DNA of 64,000 bases from a phage, in the NCBI GenBank assembly GCA_024449565.1, contig GCA_024449565.1_4810.1; one strand, written 5' to 3'. The translations under genes were made by a program, and so were the position numbers. The notes beneath the pieces were generated by a model. That model did no database searches and had not been told where the DNA came from. It saw only the letters and a program-made list of their open reading frames with translations. Below, in pieces: positions 9,261 to 17,943 of this stretch. The stretch's first letter is position 1. The number at the start of each line of letters is the position of its first letter.

Positions 9261-9310
9261 ATGCGCTATTAAGTTATACTCATTATACGTTAACAAGTGA
9301 GGTGAATGAA

Positions 9311-9592
9311 ATGAAATTTGAAGACATCGACAAGGCCCAAAAAGCAAAGGCGCTGCCTAAATATGTCATCTGTGGTATTGACCCTGAAGATAACCGCTTG
9401 GTTTTCTTAAAGCAAGTTGATAGCAATGAATCTGGCGACGCAGCTAATTGGTGCACCCCTTTGTTTGAGACAGCAGAAGAAGCCCAGAAGGTATTGTCAG
9501 AAAGCAATTTACCTAAACACTACAGTGTCGTTTCACAAGATGACATGGCAAAATTAGTGTTTAATTTTTATGGATATGGGAGAAGATTCTAA
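9311..9592 (+). CDS. hypothetical protein
   Basis: Start trimmed to ATG at 9311, 6 nt after GAGGTG SD. Confidence 0.45.
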   Translation: MKFEDIDKAQKAKALPKYVICGIDPEDNRLVFLKQVDSNESGDAANWCTPLFETAEEAQKVLSESNLPKHYSVVSQDDMAKLVFNFYGYGRRF

Positions 9593-9801
9593 TGGAAATT
9601 AAATTATTGTCTGATTTCGTAAAAAGTATTGAAGCCAAAGGCATGACAATCAAGGCTAAGAAAGGCGGCCTTGTTTGCATCGATAAGCAACAAAGTGATC
9701 AGAGTATATCTCTTGATGATATCAAGACAATGCAAAAGCTCAATAAGAAAGGTGATTTACACAAGTTCTTAACGGATATTGGAGCGGTGGACAATGGATA
9801 A
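9592..9801 (+). CDS. hypothetical protein
   Basis: Start overlaps upstream stop; GGGAGAAG SD. Confidence 0.45.
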   Translation: MEIKLLSDFVKSIEAKGMTIKAKKGGLVCIDKQQSDQSISLDDIKTMQKLNKKGDLHKFLTDIGAVDNG

Positions 9802-9892
9802 AGAGGCACGGCGCTTTGCATTTTGGGGCACGGTTTGTGTTGTCGCGCTGTTTGGAATTGCTTATGCAATTGTTTACGCTGCAGCGGCATAG
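9794..9892 (+). CDS. small membrane peptide (32 aa, below track cutoff)
   Basis: GGAGCGGTGG SD then ATG; MDKEARRFAFWGTVCVVALFGIAYAIVYAAAA with one TM segment; its stop abuts the next ATG. Confidence 0.3.
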   Translation: MDKEARRFAFWGTVCVVALFGIAYAIVYAAAA

Positions 9893-9894
9893 TT

Positions 9895-10290
9895 ATGATC
9901 ATCGATATTGAAAAGGCACTCAAGCGTGAATTGACGCCAGGTGCGACCCCTGGCGAAGAAGCCTACTACCGACCGAAAGCGCAGCGCACCAATGAGATTC
10001 CGGTTGTTAAGCGGACAGTGAATAAGAACGGTCAGAGGTCGCGACCGCGCTCTATCCGGTCCGGTGAAAGGCTGAAAACGATTCGCCAGTGTCTACAACG
10101 ACTCGAAATCATGGGTTGCCGCGCTTATATCGACCCTGATGGAAAGGTTCTGGTGAGAATTGGCAATAGTACACAACTACAAGACGGATTGCCCTGTGGC
10201 GAATCCAGACCCATAGCAAAGACCGACCGTGTGGCTACTGGCCGCGAGATTGAGGAAAGTTGGTTGGGTGCTTTCTTATTAAAATATTGA
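9895..10290 (+). CDS. hypothetical protein
   Basis: Start trimmed to in-frame ATG MIIDIEK adjacent to upstream stop. Confidence 0.4.
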   Translation: MIIDIEKALKRELTPGATPGEEAYYRPKAQRTNEIPVVKRTVNKNGQRSRPRSIRSGERLKTIRQCLQRLEIMGCRAYIDPDGKVLVRIGNSTQLQDGLPCGESRPIAKTDRVATGREIEESWLGAFLLKY

Positions 10291-10297
10291 GGATTAT

Positions 10298-10546
10298 ATG
10301 AATCAAAATGAATCAGTAGCGTTCTTACAATGGCTGGAAGGTGTTGTGGAGTATTACGCTCCAAAAGACCGTTTCATCTTTCAAGGCAAAAGTTATAAGC
10401 GCAAAGGACAGGCCCAGAAAGCTGCGCGCAAGTACTGGAAAGAAGTTTATTCAGAGTTCTTTCAGCAGATGGGCATCATCGGCTCGACCGTATCCGGCGA
10501 CCCAGCACAGTTGGTATCGATTGATGAATCCAATCGTCACAATTAA
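10298..10546 (+). CDS. hypothetical protein
   Basis: GAGGAT SD 5 nt upstream of ATG. Confidence 0.45.
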   Translation: MNQNESVAFLQWLEGVVEYYAPKDRFIFQGKSYKRKGQAQKAARKYWKEVYSEFFQQMGIIGSTVSGDPAQLVSIDESNRHN

Positions 10547-10621
10547 TAAATCGATTTGAATGCCGCGCTATGCGGCTTTATTATAGTTATTGTTAATCAC
10601 CCAAATATTGAAGGTAATGAT

Positions 10622-11002
10622 ATGTCAAATAAAAATGATTCTGTGAGTCACACATATACTAAAGGCAGCGGCATTGCTTTTGGTTCCAGCATCAAAATTG
10701 ACGCTCCACCTTGCTATTCTGATGGATTGGAAGTTGGCAACCGCGACTTAACATGGGTTTTACGTCGCCAATCCGATTTAGAAGAGAAGCTGGAAAATAT
10801 TGAGCGTTCTCTTGAAAGTCTTCGCGACCAGCTTTTTGGTTGTCCTGAAGATGAGTCAAAACCTGAATCATATGCAGCCAATCGCGGTTTGATTGATAAT
10901 ATGCTTGCTATTACCGCTCGATCAATTGGTAAAACTGTGTCCATTGAATCATTGATCAGCCAGATTGCGGATGGCTTTGGTGATGCCCATAAGAGCGAAT
11001 AG
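10622..11002 (+). CDS. hypothetical protein
   Basis: Start trimmed to ATG MSNKND with GAAGGTAA SD. Confidence 0.45.
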   Translation: MSNKNDSVSHTYTKGSGIAFGSSIKIDAPPCYSDGLEVGNRDLTWVLRRQSDLEEKLENIERSLESLRDQLFGCPEDESKPESYAANRGLIDNMLAITARSIGKTVSIESLISQIADGFGDAHKSE

Positions 11003-11032
11003 TGGGTGGATGTTGCTTTAACCGTGAATCGT

Positions 11033-11059
11033 GGGTCGCTTAGTGCGGCCCTTTATTTT
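11033..11059 (+). terminator. putative intrinsic terminator
   Basis: GGGTCGC-TTAGT-GCGGCCC hairpin followed by TTTATTTT. Confidence 0.45.
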
Positions 11060-11062
11060 GCC

Positions 11063-11134
11063 TGCCGCGCAGGAGTGTACTGCCGCGCAGGAGTGTACTG
11101 CCGCGCAGGAGTGTACTGCCGCGCAGGAGTGTAC
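11063..11134. repeat. perfect tandem repeat, 4 x 18 bp (TGCCGCGCAGGAGTGTAC)
   Basis: Four identical head-to-tail units read directly from the sequence; a partial fifth unit follows. Confidence 0.9.
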
Positions 11135-11755
11135 TGCAAATTTCCTGTGGGTACAAAATAGTACGGTACTGTCTAGGACTTTTTCTTTGAAAAGTTAGTG
11201 GACCAAATGTGTCGTATTTTGATTAGTGTACCGCAAATTCCATCAAGTAGCAAAACGCACCAAAAGACCCATGCCCTAAAAACCACACGAACGCAATAAT
11301 CAATCGCCGTTACAGTTTCCAGCGTTACAATTAGAAAGCGAATGATTCGATGCATAATAATATGAAGCATAATGATTCGAAAGCTAATGGTTGCGCGTAG
11401 GATGATATCGGGAGGGATTATTCGAGATGCGTGTAATTTCGCATGCGTACTATTTTCGGGCGAAGGGTCGGCATATTCTTCGTTTTAGCTCGGAACGAAG
11501 GGAAAGTTTTGCGCCTTTATAAAACAACGACTTACGCGACCCGCCTTAACGGTCCGATATAGGTGTCTATATAAAACAAGGACTTACGCGATGTTCTCCA
11601 TTTAACGTAATACCTGTTATGCGAACTAAGGCGCATCTCGACGAAGATTGTGCGACGACGAAGGGAAGGATAAAGGAGTTTTCGCGTAGGAGCTCATCGA
11701 GATAGGGACGAAGAAAAGCCGCGACTAAGCGCGGCCTATTAGTAACGGAAGGGTA

Positions 11756-12046
11756 TTATAAGGAGACGATTTTAAAGAAAGAGTAACGGCCTTCGCCTTC
11801 GGATACCGCGATATATTCGCCGCCGAACTCCGTAGCAAAATAAACCTTGCCTTCGATAGTAACGCGGAAGGTAGAAATATCTTCCTCTTCGAGTTCCGTA
11901 AATTCGCTAAAATCGATAGGACTATGAAGCTCCTCGATAGTCGCATCTACGTTAAAGAGATAAACGTTTTTAAGTTTTTCGCCAAATACGTTAGAGTTTT
12001 CGGAAGTTTCGACGCGAGCGGAACGGATAGCGGCCAAAGTAATCAT
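11756..12046 (-). CDS. small acidic protein, paralog family member 1
   Basis: AGGAGA SD; 96 aa, acidic; N-terminus MITLAAIRSARVE and NVDATIEE resemble those of the 12682 and 12154 genes. Confidence 0.5.
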   Translation of the reverse strand: MITLAAIRSARVETSENSNVFGEKLKNVYLFNVDATIEELHSPIDFSEFTELEEEDISTFRVTIEGKVYFATEFGGEYIAVSEGEGRYSFFKIVSL

Positions 12047-12153
12047 AATATTCTCCTAGTTAGTCGGGAGGGTAGCGACCTATTCGCTACCTCATCCCCT
12101 CTCGATATAAAACATTATAGTCTTAGTGTACGAAGAAGTAAAGCACTTTTTCG

Positions 12154-12456
12154 TTATTCTGCGATAAAATATTTATAAGCTTTATCGCCTTCTACGTCGA
12201 TATACTCGACGATAATTAACGCTTCGCCGCGCGGCGTAACCGTCTCGATAAGGGTAACGGCTTCGTCGTCGGTCTTCGCGAAGCGGATTGCGCTACGTTC
12301 GGCGTACTTAATATCATCGAAGGAAAGGCCGACGAAAGCGACCGCGCGGACCTTAATAATGGTAGATTCTAGTTCCGCGTTAACGGCAGCGATAAGAGAG
12401 CGAACGGTTAAACGGTCTTCGTCGTAAGTAAGGATAGAAGAGATTAAAGTAGTCAT
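12154..12456 (-). CDS. small acidic protein, paralog family member 2
   Basis: Start trimmed to ATG MTTLISS with GGGAG SD; same N-terminal pattern as neighbours. Confidence 0.45.
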   Translation of the reverse strand: MTTLISSILTYDEDRLTVRSLIAAVNAELESTIIKVRAVAFVGLSFDDIKYAERSAIRFAKTDDEAVTLIETVTPRGEALIIVEYIDVEGDKAYKYFIAE

Positions 12457-12681
12457 AATAAAACTCCCGATGCTAGTAGAAGGAAGGGCCATCACCCGTC
12501 TCGATACAAACAAGTATACGCGAGTGTACGAAGAAGTAAAGAAAAAAGATAAAATAATTTATCTCATTTTTATCGAAAAAGTGCTTTACTTTTTTCTACA
12601 CTATATTATAATGTACTCATATCGGGACGGGATGAGTTAACGAATAGGTCGTTAACGCCCGTCGAGAACTAGGAGTTTAAA

Positions 12682-12966
12682 ATGGCTATTCTTAACGTTT
12701 CTTCCATCCGTAACGCTATCGTCGAGAACTACGGCGTAAAACAAATTTTATCCGAAGTTTACGCCGCGAACGTAGACCAAACTATCGAGGCGGGTGGGGT
12801 AACGGTCGCCGAGGCTTTTAAACTTTACGCGGCGCTACCGGAATCGGACCGCGAAGCCTTCGAAGTAAACGTTAACGGATACTTCTTCGAAGCGGTCGAA
12901 ATCGGTAACATCTTACTCGTTATGGGCGAAGAAGAATTTGATACCTTCTCCCTCGTCGAAGCGTAA
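12682..12966 (+). CDS. small acidic protein, paralog family member 3
   Basis: AGGAG SD; MAILNVSSIRNAIVE and NVDQTIEA shared with the 11756 gene. Confidence 0.5.
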   Translation: MAILNVSSIRNAIVENYGVKQILSEVYAANVDQTIEAGGVTVAEAFKLYAALPESDREAFEVNVNGYFFEAVEIGNILLVMGEEEFDTFSLVEA

Positions 12967-13046
12967 GAGAGGATTTTTAGAGCGTCGTGCGCGGCGCTTT
13001 AATAAAATTCTTTCGCGCCTAGCGCCCTAACAAATAGGAGTTCATT

Positions 13047-13673
13047 ATGGTTAGCTTAAATCGTTTCTCGACTAGCGGCGACGTTATCGCAACTAAGACC
13101 GCCGACCTCGTTGCATTTTATAATGCAAATTCAGGTTCGAAGCCGATTAAAAAATTTGCGGACCGCCGGACCGCCGAGACTCGCGTAATCGCGCTAATCG
13201 AGTCCTTAAACGCGCTCGATGAGCCGTCCAACGAATCGCCAATCCCCGACGCGAAGCCGCGCGAGGAAGTGTCCAGCGATGTAAAAACGCATAAGGCGCG
13301 TGCGGTCGTTAAAAAGGCAGAGCCGACGCAGGAAGAACTCGACGCGATGAGCGATGAAGAGTATGAAGCCTTCGTTAAGAGCGGCTTAAACGATAGTGCA
13401 AATTGCGTAGTGCAAAATGGAACTCCTTCCCATCGCCGTTCGAATAGCGAAGGTATTGCAAAAAGTTGGGACAATAAGGAAGTGGCGCAAAAGCGTCTCA
13501 CCCGTAACGGCGTTATGGTCGAGGGTGTAGGAGAGTTCAAATCGGTCCGCGCAGCTTTCGCCGCGCTGGGATTACCGGATAGCAAGCACATTCGCTTCCG
13601 TATGAAGCTTAAGGAAGCTGGGCGCTTGAACTTCGAGTTCGGCAACAAGTCCTTTACCTTCCAGATTATCTAA
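13047..13673 (+). CDS. hypothetical protein
   Basis: AGGAG SD; 208 aa; contains two in-frame copies of the TAGTGCAAA(A)T motif. Confidence 0.5.
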   Translation: MVSLNRFSTSGDVIATKTADLVAFYNANSGSKPIKKFADRRTAETRVIALIESLNALDEPSNESPIPDAKPREEVSSDVKTHKARAVVKKAEPTQEELDAMSDEEYEAFVKSGLNDSANCVVQNGTPSHRRSNSEGIAKSWDNKEVAQKRLTRNGVMVEGVGEFKSVRAAFAALGLPDSKHIRFRMKLKEAGRLNFEFGNKSFTFQII

Positions 13674-13723
13674 TCGAATGGCGGCCCTTCGGGGTCGCTT
13701 TTCATAGTGCAAATTGGTGGCTT

Positions 13724-13987
13724 ATGAATACGCTTATTCTCATCGCTACGTTGTCCATCGGAAGTGGTCGCACCTTATCCCTTTATGACCATAGTGCAAA
13801 TTGCGCCTATCCTACGCGCGTTGCGGCGATAGTTAATAGTGCAAATAAGATGCTATTCGAGACTTGCTGGAGGGTCGATAACGAGAAAGGTCGGGTAGTC
13901 TTAGGCTATAGTGCAAATCTGCTGGTGGAGTCGTTCGATTGGACGGTTGAAGGTCGTAAATTGTTACGTAAAGTGACTAAAAGATGA
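13724..13987 (+). CDS. hypothetical protein (questionable; ORF spans three motif copies)
   Basis: ORF with GGTGG upstream, but three ATAGTGCAAAT copies fall in-frame inside it, so coding status is uncertain. Confidence 0.3.
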   Translation: MNTLILIATLSIGSGRTLSLYDHSANCAYPTRVAAIVNSANKMLFETCWRVDNEKGRVVLGYSANLLVESFDWTVEGRKLLRKVTKR

Positions 13988-14101
13988 CTTATAATAATAC
14001 ACTTTCTAACGCGTTTATGGTTACAACCTTCCCCGTCGTATTACCGATGGCCCTAGAAGTGGAGAAAATGTGTTCTAGGGCCGTTTTATAGTGCAAATTG
14101 G

Positions 14102-14575
14102 CTAGTGGCGGGAGAATTGCTCTCCTTCTTTGGCCGCCTCTCCAAAATCCTTGTAGAAATCATCCATGGAACGGCCCATTTTACTATTGCCATTTTCATC
14201 AATCATCGTGATGCCGTAGATGATATTCAGTTCACGAATGGCATTAAGTTTGGCTGATGCCGCGACTTCTGGATCACGCACAAGCTTCACTAGATTGTGG
14301 ATGGAACTCTTTACGCTCCACAATTCCTTCAATGGCATCTCTTCCATACGCTTTTTGTAGCGCATCTTGTAGTACGGATTGCGCTGAGTGCACAGGATTC
14401 GCTGGCCAGTGTAGTTATCGGTCGCAACCTCCATGCCAAATACTAGTGCAAAAGCTGCGCGCATGTCATGGCCTTGAATAACAAGGTCAATGAACTCATC
14501 GAATAATGCCTGATTATGCTCTGCAAATCGCGGGTCTTCAAAGTCTTCAGGCATTGCTACATAATCTTGACTCAT
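14102..14575 (-). CDS. hypothetical protein (possible HTH DNA-binding; small-terminase-like is speculative)
   Basis: Start trimmed to ATG MSQDYVA; the start codon lies inside a motif copy; helix-rich N-terminal segment FIDLVIQGHDMRAAFALVFG. Confidence 0.4.
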   Translation of the reverse strand: MSQDYVAMPEDFEDPRFAEHNQALFDEFIDLVIQGHDMRAAFALVFGMEVATDNYTGQRILCTQRNPYYKMRYKKRMEEMPLKELWSVKSSIHNLVKLVRDPEVAASAKLNAIRELNIIYGITMIDENGNSKMGRSMDDFYKDFGEAAKEGEQFSRH

Positions 14576-14802
14576 AGTGCAAATCCCATAGTGCAAATTA
14601 ATAGTGTGAATTATACAATGAATGAACATTATATTCAAGTGCAGATTGATGTTCAAATTGGCTGTAAACGTACATAAATCATAGTGCTAAATGAATAGCG
14701 GACCGTGATGCGTGGTGTACTGTTTGATACGTATAAAAGAAATCCATCCCTTTCGCCGCTTGCTATGCAAATCAATGACTTAGCCGCTGCTGGCTGGTTG
14801 AA

Positions 14803-15090
14803 GCGTATCATGACGTATCATCCGTATTGCCGCAAGTCTTTGTTTTTACTTATATCTTACGGATAATACGTATAAATATAAGTTCAGTATAAGTATGAGG
14901 ATGTAGAAAAAAATTAATTTAAATTAATTCAAAATGGAGTTAATTGTTTTTTTCAAAGTTGTATAAAGTATAGCGGCGACGCGTATCATCCGTATCATCC
15001 GTAAGATGTACCATTGAACCCAGTCGCGGCGCACCATAGAAGTGTGTGGAGTGAACTACGGATAGGTCCAAATCTTACGTCATTATACGT
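14803..15090. repeat. Iteron-like repeat region B (homolog of element A)
   Basis: GCGTATCATGACGTATCATCCGTATTGCCGCAAG, inverted TTACGGATAATACG, then TATAAAGTATAGCGGCGACGCGTATCATCCGTATCATCCGTAAGATG (near-identical to 56-100) and CGTCATTATACG; AT-rich tract at about 14897-14961. Confidence 0.6.
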
Positions 15091-15374
15091 TTAAATTCTA
15101 TGCGTAAGGTTAGCCAGCTAACTATATCTCCTTTTTAATTTCAAGCGGCAATCCCAGAGACGGCGCACCATGTACACAAACACACCACGGTACACGCTCC
15201 AATTCCTAGTGATTTCCTCTCCAATCCCACAACACCACAGTACAATAATCTTCCAAAACCGCACACATATTCAAGACGCAAAATTCACGTCACAATCCTC
15301 ACTACCAACGACACTCTAATAGATTTACACAAATCAATCGATTTATCCGATAATAAAGACTCACATTCCACAGG

Positions 15375-15399
15375 CAAATAAAAAGGGCCAATCGGCCCT
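15375..15399 (-). terminator. rho-independent terminator (minus strand)
   Basis: GGGCC-AATC-GGCCC hairpin with T-run on the minus strand, directly after the stop of the 15417 gene. Confidence 0.55.
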
Positions 15400-15416
15400 C
15401 TTAACATTAATCATAA

Positions 15417-15869
15417 TTAAAATATAAAATTCTTCACTCCAAGCCTTTTAAATTCTTTCCTTAACATCATATTAAACTTCTTCAATTTAGTTTTATTCAT
15501 CCTTAGCGGATTGTAGGTGAACACCTTTTCTATTACTTCCTCACTCATTTTTGAGCGCATATTAGTTGCGTAATAGTTCTTGAACGTATAAATAAGGTAA
15601 TTTGCTTCAAGCTTAAGTTCAATTACTTCCTCCGATTCATCAAGCTCAAGCAATCCTCTTTGCGTAAGAATATCTCTTAATATATCCTGACATTTCTTGC
15701 AATCACCTTTGCCTAAAAGCGAGTCGATGTAATCGCCGCTGACGCGCTCATCACCGAAGTATGTTGCGCGACCACAAAGGCTTTGCACTTCTCCTTCGTC
15801 AAAGTAGTGCGCGCGATGAGCCCACTTCGGTATGGCCCAACCAGCGGCGATAAGCTTATTACCCATCAC
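15417..15869 (-). CDS. hypothetical early protein
   Basis: Last gene of a tightly tiled minus-strand array; followed by terminator. Confidence 0.45.
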   Translation of the reverse strand: MMGNKLIAAGWAIPKWAHRAHYFDEGEVQSLCGRATYFGDERVSGDYIDSLLGKGDCKKCQDILRDILTQRGLLELDESEEVIELKLEANYLIYTFKNYYATNMRSKMSEEVIEKVFTYNPLRMNKTKLKKFNMMLRKEFKRLGVKNFIF

Positions 15870-16465
15870 CCCTCCTTAACGACCCGATAAGCGATGATGT
15901 CTGAACCATAGCCAAGCAACGTTCTGTTCCAACCGATGCAGTCAGAAAAGACATCGTTAGCGACAATGCCGTCTCTGTATTTGACGTCTACCCGTTTCCC
16001 AGGCACCGGATTCTCACCGCCATGCCACGCTGTCCAAGCATCACCATCATTGCTCTTGACAACACGATAAGCAGCAATGTCGCTGCCATTTAACGCTCCT
16101 ATATGGCCCCAGTGAAGATGGTCAGAAAGTCTTGATAAAACTTTATCAGCCCCATCACGCAGCTTGTATTCAACAATCTCGCCAGGCACCGGATTCAAGC
16201 CACCAAACCACACATTCCACGCTTCTTCCTTCGGCGCATCCTCATCCACGCCTATAGTAGCAACGACGTCGTGCAACTGCTTAACAAGCGCCGACGCATC
16301 ACGGACCTGTGAGCGTAATGCAACCAACTCGCGTTGCGCTTCACTGTATTTCGCTTCCAGCGCGGCATAGTCCTCATATTCAACATAGCCGCCTTCATCA
16401 TCCTTTACAACTTCGCAGGTGCAAGCGTGCTGCGTGCAATAATCAACATCGTAACGTTGTATCAT
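15866..16465 (-). CDS. hypothetical protein with two copies of a W-GG-NPVPG ... DIIAYRVV repeat
   Basis: Internal duplication of a roughly 50-aa module; a third copy is in the 17943 gene. Confidence 0.5.
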   Translation of the reverse strand: MIQRYDVDYCTQHACTCEVVKDDEGGYVEYEDYAALEAKYSEAQRELVALRSQVRDASALVKQLHDVVATIGVDEDAPKEEAWNVWFGGLNPVPGEIVEYKLRDGADKVLSRLSDHLHWGHIGALNGSDIAAYRVVKSNDGDAWTAWHGGENPVPGKRVDVKYRDGIVANDVFSDCIGWNRTLLGYGSDIIAYRVVKEG

Positions 16466-16956
16466 TTTAACTTCTCCAAAATTCCAATAGCGATTTGCGT
16501 CTGTTTCTCAAGCGCAAGACGCAGTATGTCAATTTGCAAGTCACGATGGGCCAGTTCAGCGGCGATGTCAGACTTGCTGTAAAGTCCTTCATGAGTCATG
16601 GCATAGATGTGGCGTGTATAATAGCCGCCCTCGTCGAGTTGCTCGATGTCACGTTGCCCGACTGCGTATTGGTCATCGGTCGATGGCGCTTGGTCCTGAA
16701 TTTTAATTGCCGTCACTTCCTTTAATGAATCGCGTGATGCTGGCCTGTTCTCTTCGAACATCTTTCCATCACCAATTTGCTTGCACCAAAGCGAATCGCC
16801 GATTGCGTATCCCCACTGGCCGCAACAATCGTTCCATGCAGGCTTCCCCTCATACGCCCAGATGGTTCCGTTAGAGTCACGTGCAACGAATTTTGCACGA
16901 GCGTCTATTTCGTATTCTTTGCCTTCAAAATTGATGCGTTGCGTTTTGTTAGTCAT
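16462..16956 (-). CDS. hypothetical early protein
   Basis: Tiled minus-strand ORF, ATGA overlap with neighbour. Confidence 0.45.
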   Translation of the reverse strand: MTNKTQRINFEGKEYEIDARAKFVARDSNGTIWAYEGKPAWNDCCGQWGYAIGDSLWCKQIGDGKMFEENRPASRDSLKEVTAIKIQDQAPSTDDQYAVGQRDIEQLDEGGYYTRHIYAMTHEGLYSKSDIAAELAHRDLQIDILRLALEKQTQIAIGILEKLK

Positions 16957-17285
16957 GATGCATCCTTAGTTGGATAGAATTTAGGGTTTTTCTTATAGAA
17001 CGCCTTGAGCCATGCCTTTGCTTCGGCAATGCTGCTGAACTCTTCCTTGGAGAGTCCGGTGCGGTCCTCGCCTGCGACCTTGAAATGGATGCGCACCTTG
17101 AGCCGAAGGTTGGTTGCTCTCGCGTAGTGGCCTTCATAGCCGTCATGATTAAGACTTACTATCGCGGCGAGCATCTCGCAGTCTTCTTTATCGGGATTGC
17201 CGCTGTAACAAATCGGCCAGCCGCGACGTTGGAATGACCTGTATTGGCCTGTCGGCTCAGGGTCCACGTACCATTTCAATTTCAT
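16953..17285 (-). CDS. hypothetical early protein
   Basis: Tiled minus-strand ORF with 4-nt overlap. Confidence 0.45.
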   Translation of the reverse strand: MKLKWYVDPEPTGQYRSFQRRGWPICYSGNPDKEDCEMLAAIVSLNHDGYEGHYARATNLRLKVRIHFKVAGEDRTGLSKEEFSSIAEAKAWLKAFYKKNPKFYPTKDAS

Positions 17286-17605
17286 TCAAATTTCTCCGTC
17301 TCTTTAATGCACTGTAATACCTCTTCGATGCCCACTTCAACTTGCACATCGCTTTGACGCATCTCATCGATGAATTCATCTTCACAGCGTATCGGGTTAT
17401 GCATCGTTGATATTTCAAACACCTCAACGTGACTGACCAGCGGCAAAAGGTGCTTCCTTACTAATTTGATTAAAACGTCGTGCGAGTCCTTGTCTTTTAT
17501 TTCTGATTCAATATTATTTTCTTCACAGAAAAGTGACACTGTGTCACCATCCATGAATCCGAACTTAGATGCAAGCGATTGCGCGCGCAAGTTAAGAGTT
17601 TTCAT
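17282..17605 (-). CDS. hypothetical early protein
   Basis: Tiled minus-strand ORF with 4-nt overlap. Confidence 0.45.
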   Translation of the reverse strand: MKTLNLRAQSLASKFGFMDGDTVSLFCEENNIESEIKDKDSHDVLIKLVRKHLLPLVSHVEVFEISTMHNPIRCEDEFIDEMRQSDVQVEVGIEEVLQCIKETEKFE

Positions 17606-17943
17606 TTGACCTTCTCCAATTGGAATCTTGTTTCTGGAAAGCCTGCGACAAACATGTCACGGCCCTCGACATCACGCTTCACGAACCAACGCATTCCGCT
17701 TACTACCGTGAAGACAATTTGCCTTCCATCAATAATAAGTCCTTTTGCTTCATAAAGCAAATAGGTCTGACCGACTTTGAAGCTGGACAGCTCTTTGCTT
17801 GCGCTGGTGCACTTGAGCCGCCACTGGGTGAGATTGGATTCGCTCGCCTCGATGTCAACAACCTTACCGCGCAGCGGCGATGTGCGCTGAAGTTCGGCCA
17901 TTTGTTCATCAAATGTCAGCTCACGGCCTTCTTGCTCTTCCAT
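17602..17943 (-). CDS. hypothetical early protein
   Basis: Tiled minus-strand ORF; FKVGQTY motif shared with the 19138 gene. Confidence 0.45.
   Translation of the reverse strand: MEEQEGRELTFDEQMAELQRTSPLRGKVVDIEASESNLTQWRLKCTSASKELSSFKVGQTYLLYEAKGLIIDGRQIVFTVVSGMRWFVKRDVEGRDMFVAGFPETRFQLEKVK

Larger units (their letters stand above)
11140..14100. other. compositionally distinct island (possible horizontally acquired module)
   Basis: CG-dinucleotide-rich codon usage (TCG, ACG, GCG, CGT) unlike flanking genes; uniform strong AGGAG SD sites; paralogous small genes; repeats at both edges. Confidence 0.5.
13393..14692 (+). repeat. array of at least 11 same-orientation ATAGTGCAAAT motifs
   Basis: Copies at 13393, 13407 (variant), 13704, 13791, 13836, 13908, 14088, 14574, 14588, 14601 (variant), 14681 (variant), all on the plus strand. 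Confidence 0.75.

Noticed and set aside
11063-11134. Possible CRISPR array
   Set aside because: Four identical 18-bp units are contiguous with no intervening unique spacers, so this is a simple tandem repeat.
11160-11755. Retron or group I intron in the gene-free stretch of the island
   Set aside because: Repeats and short palindromes are present but no reverse transcriptase ORF or recognisable conserved intron core, so the idea cannot be supported from sequence alone.
13118-13648. 176-aa minus-strand ORF inside the island
   Set aside because: Fully antisense to the 13047-13673 gene, which has a strong AGGAG RBS; no RBS for the antisense frame.
14866-14877. T4-type late promoter motif TATAAATA
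   Set aside because: Single occurrence inside the repeat region; recognisable promoters elsewhere are sigma70-like with TATACT-type -10 elements, so a T4-like late system is not supported.
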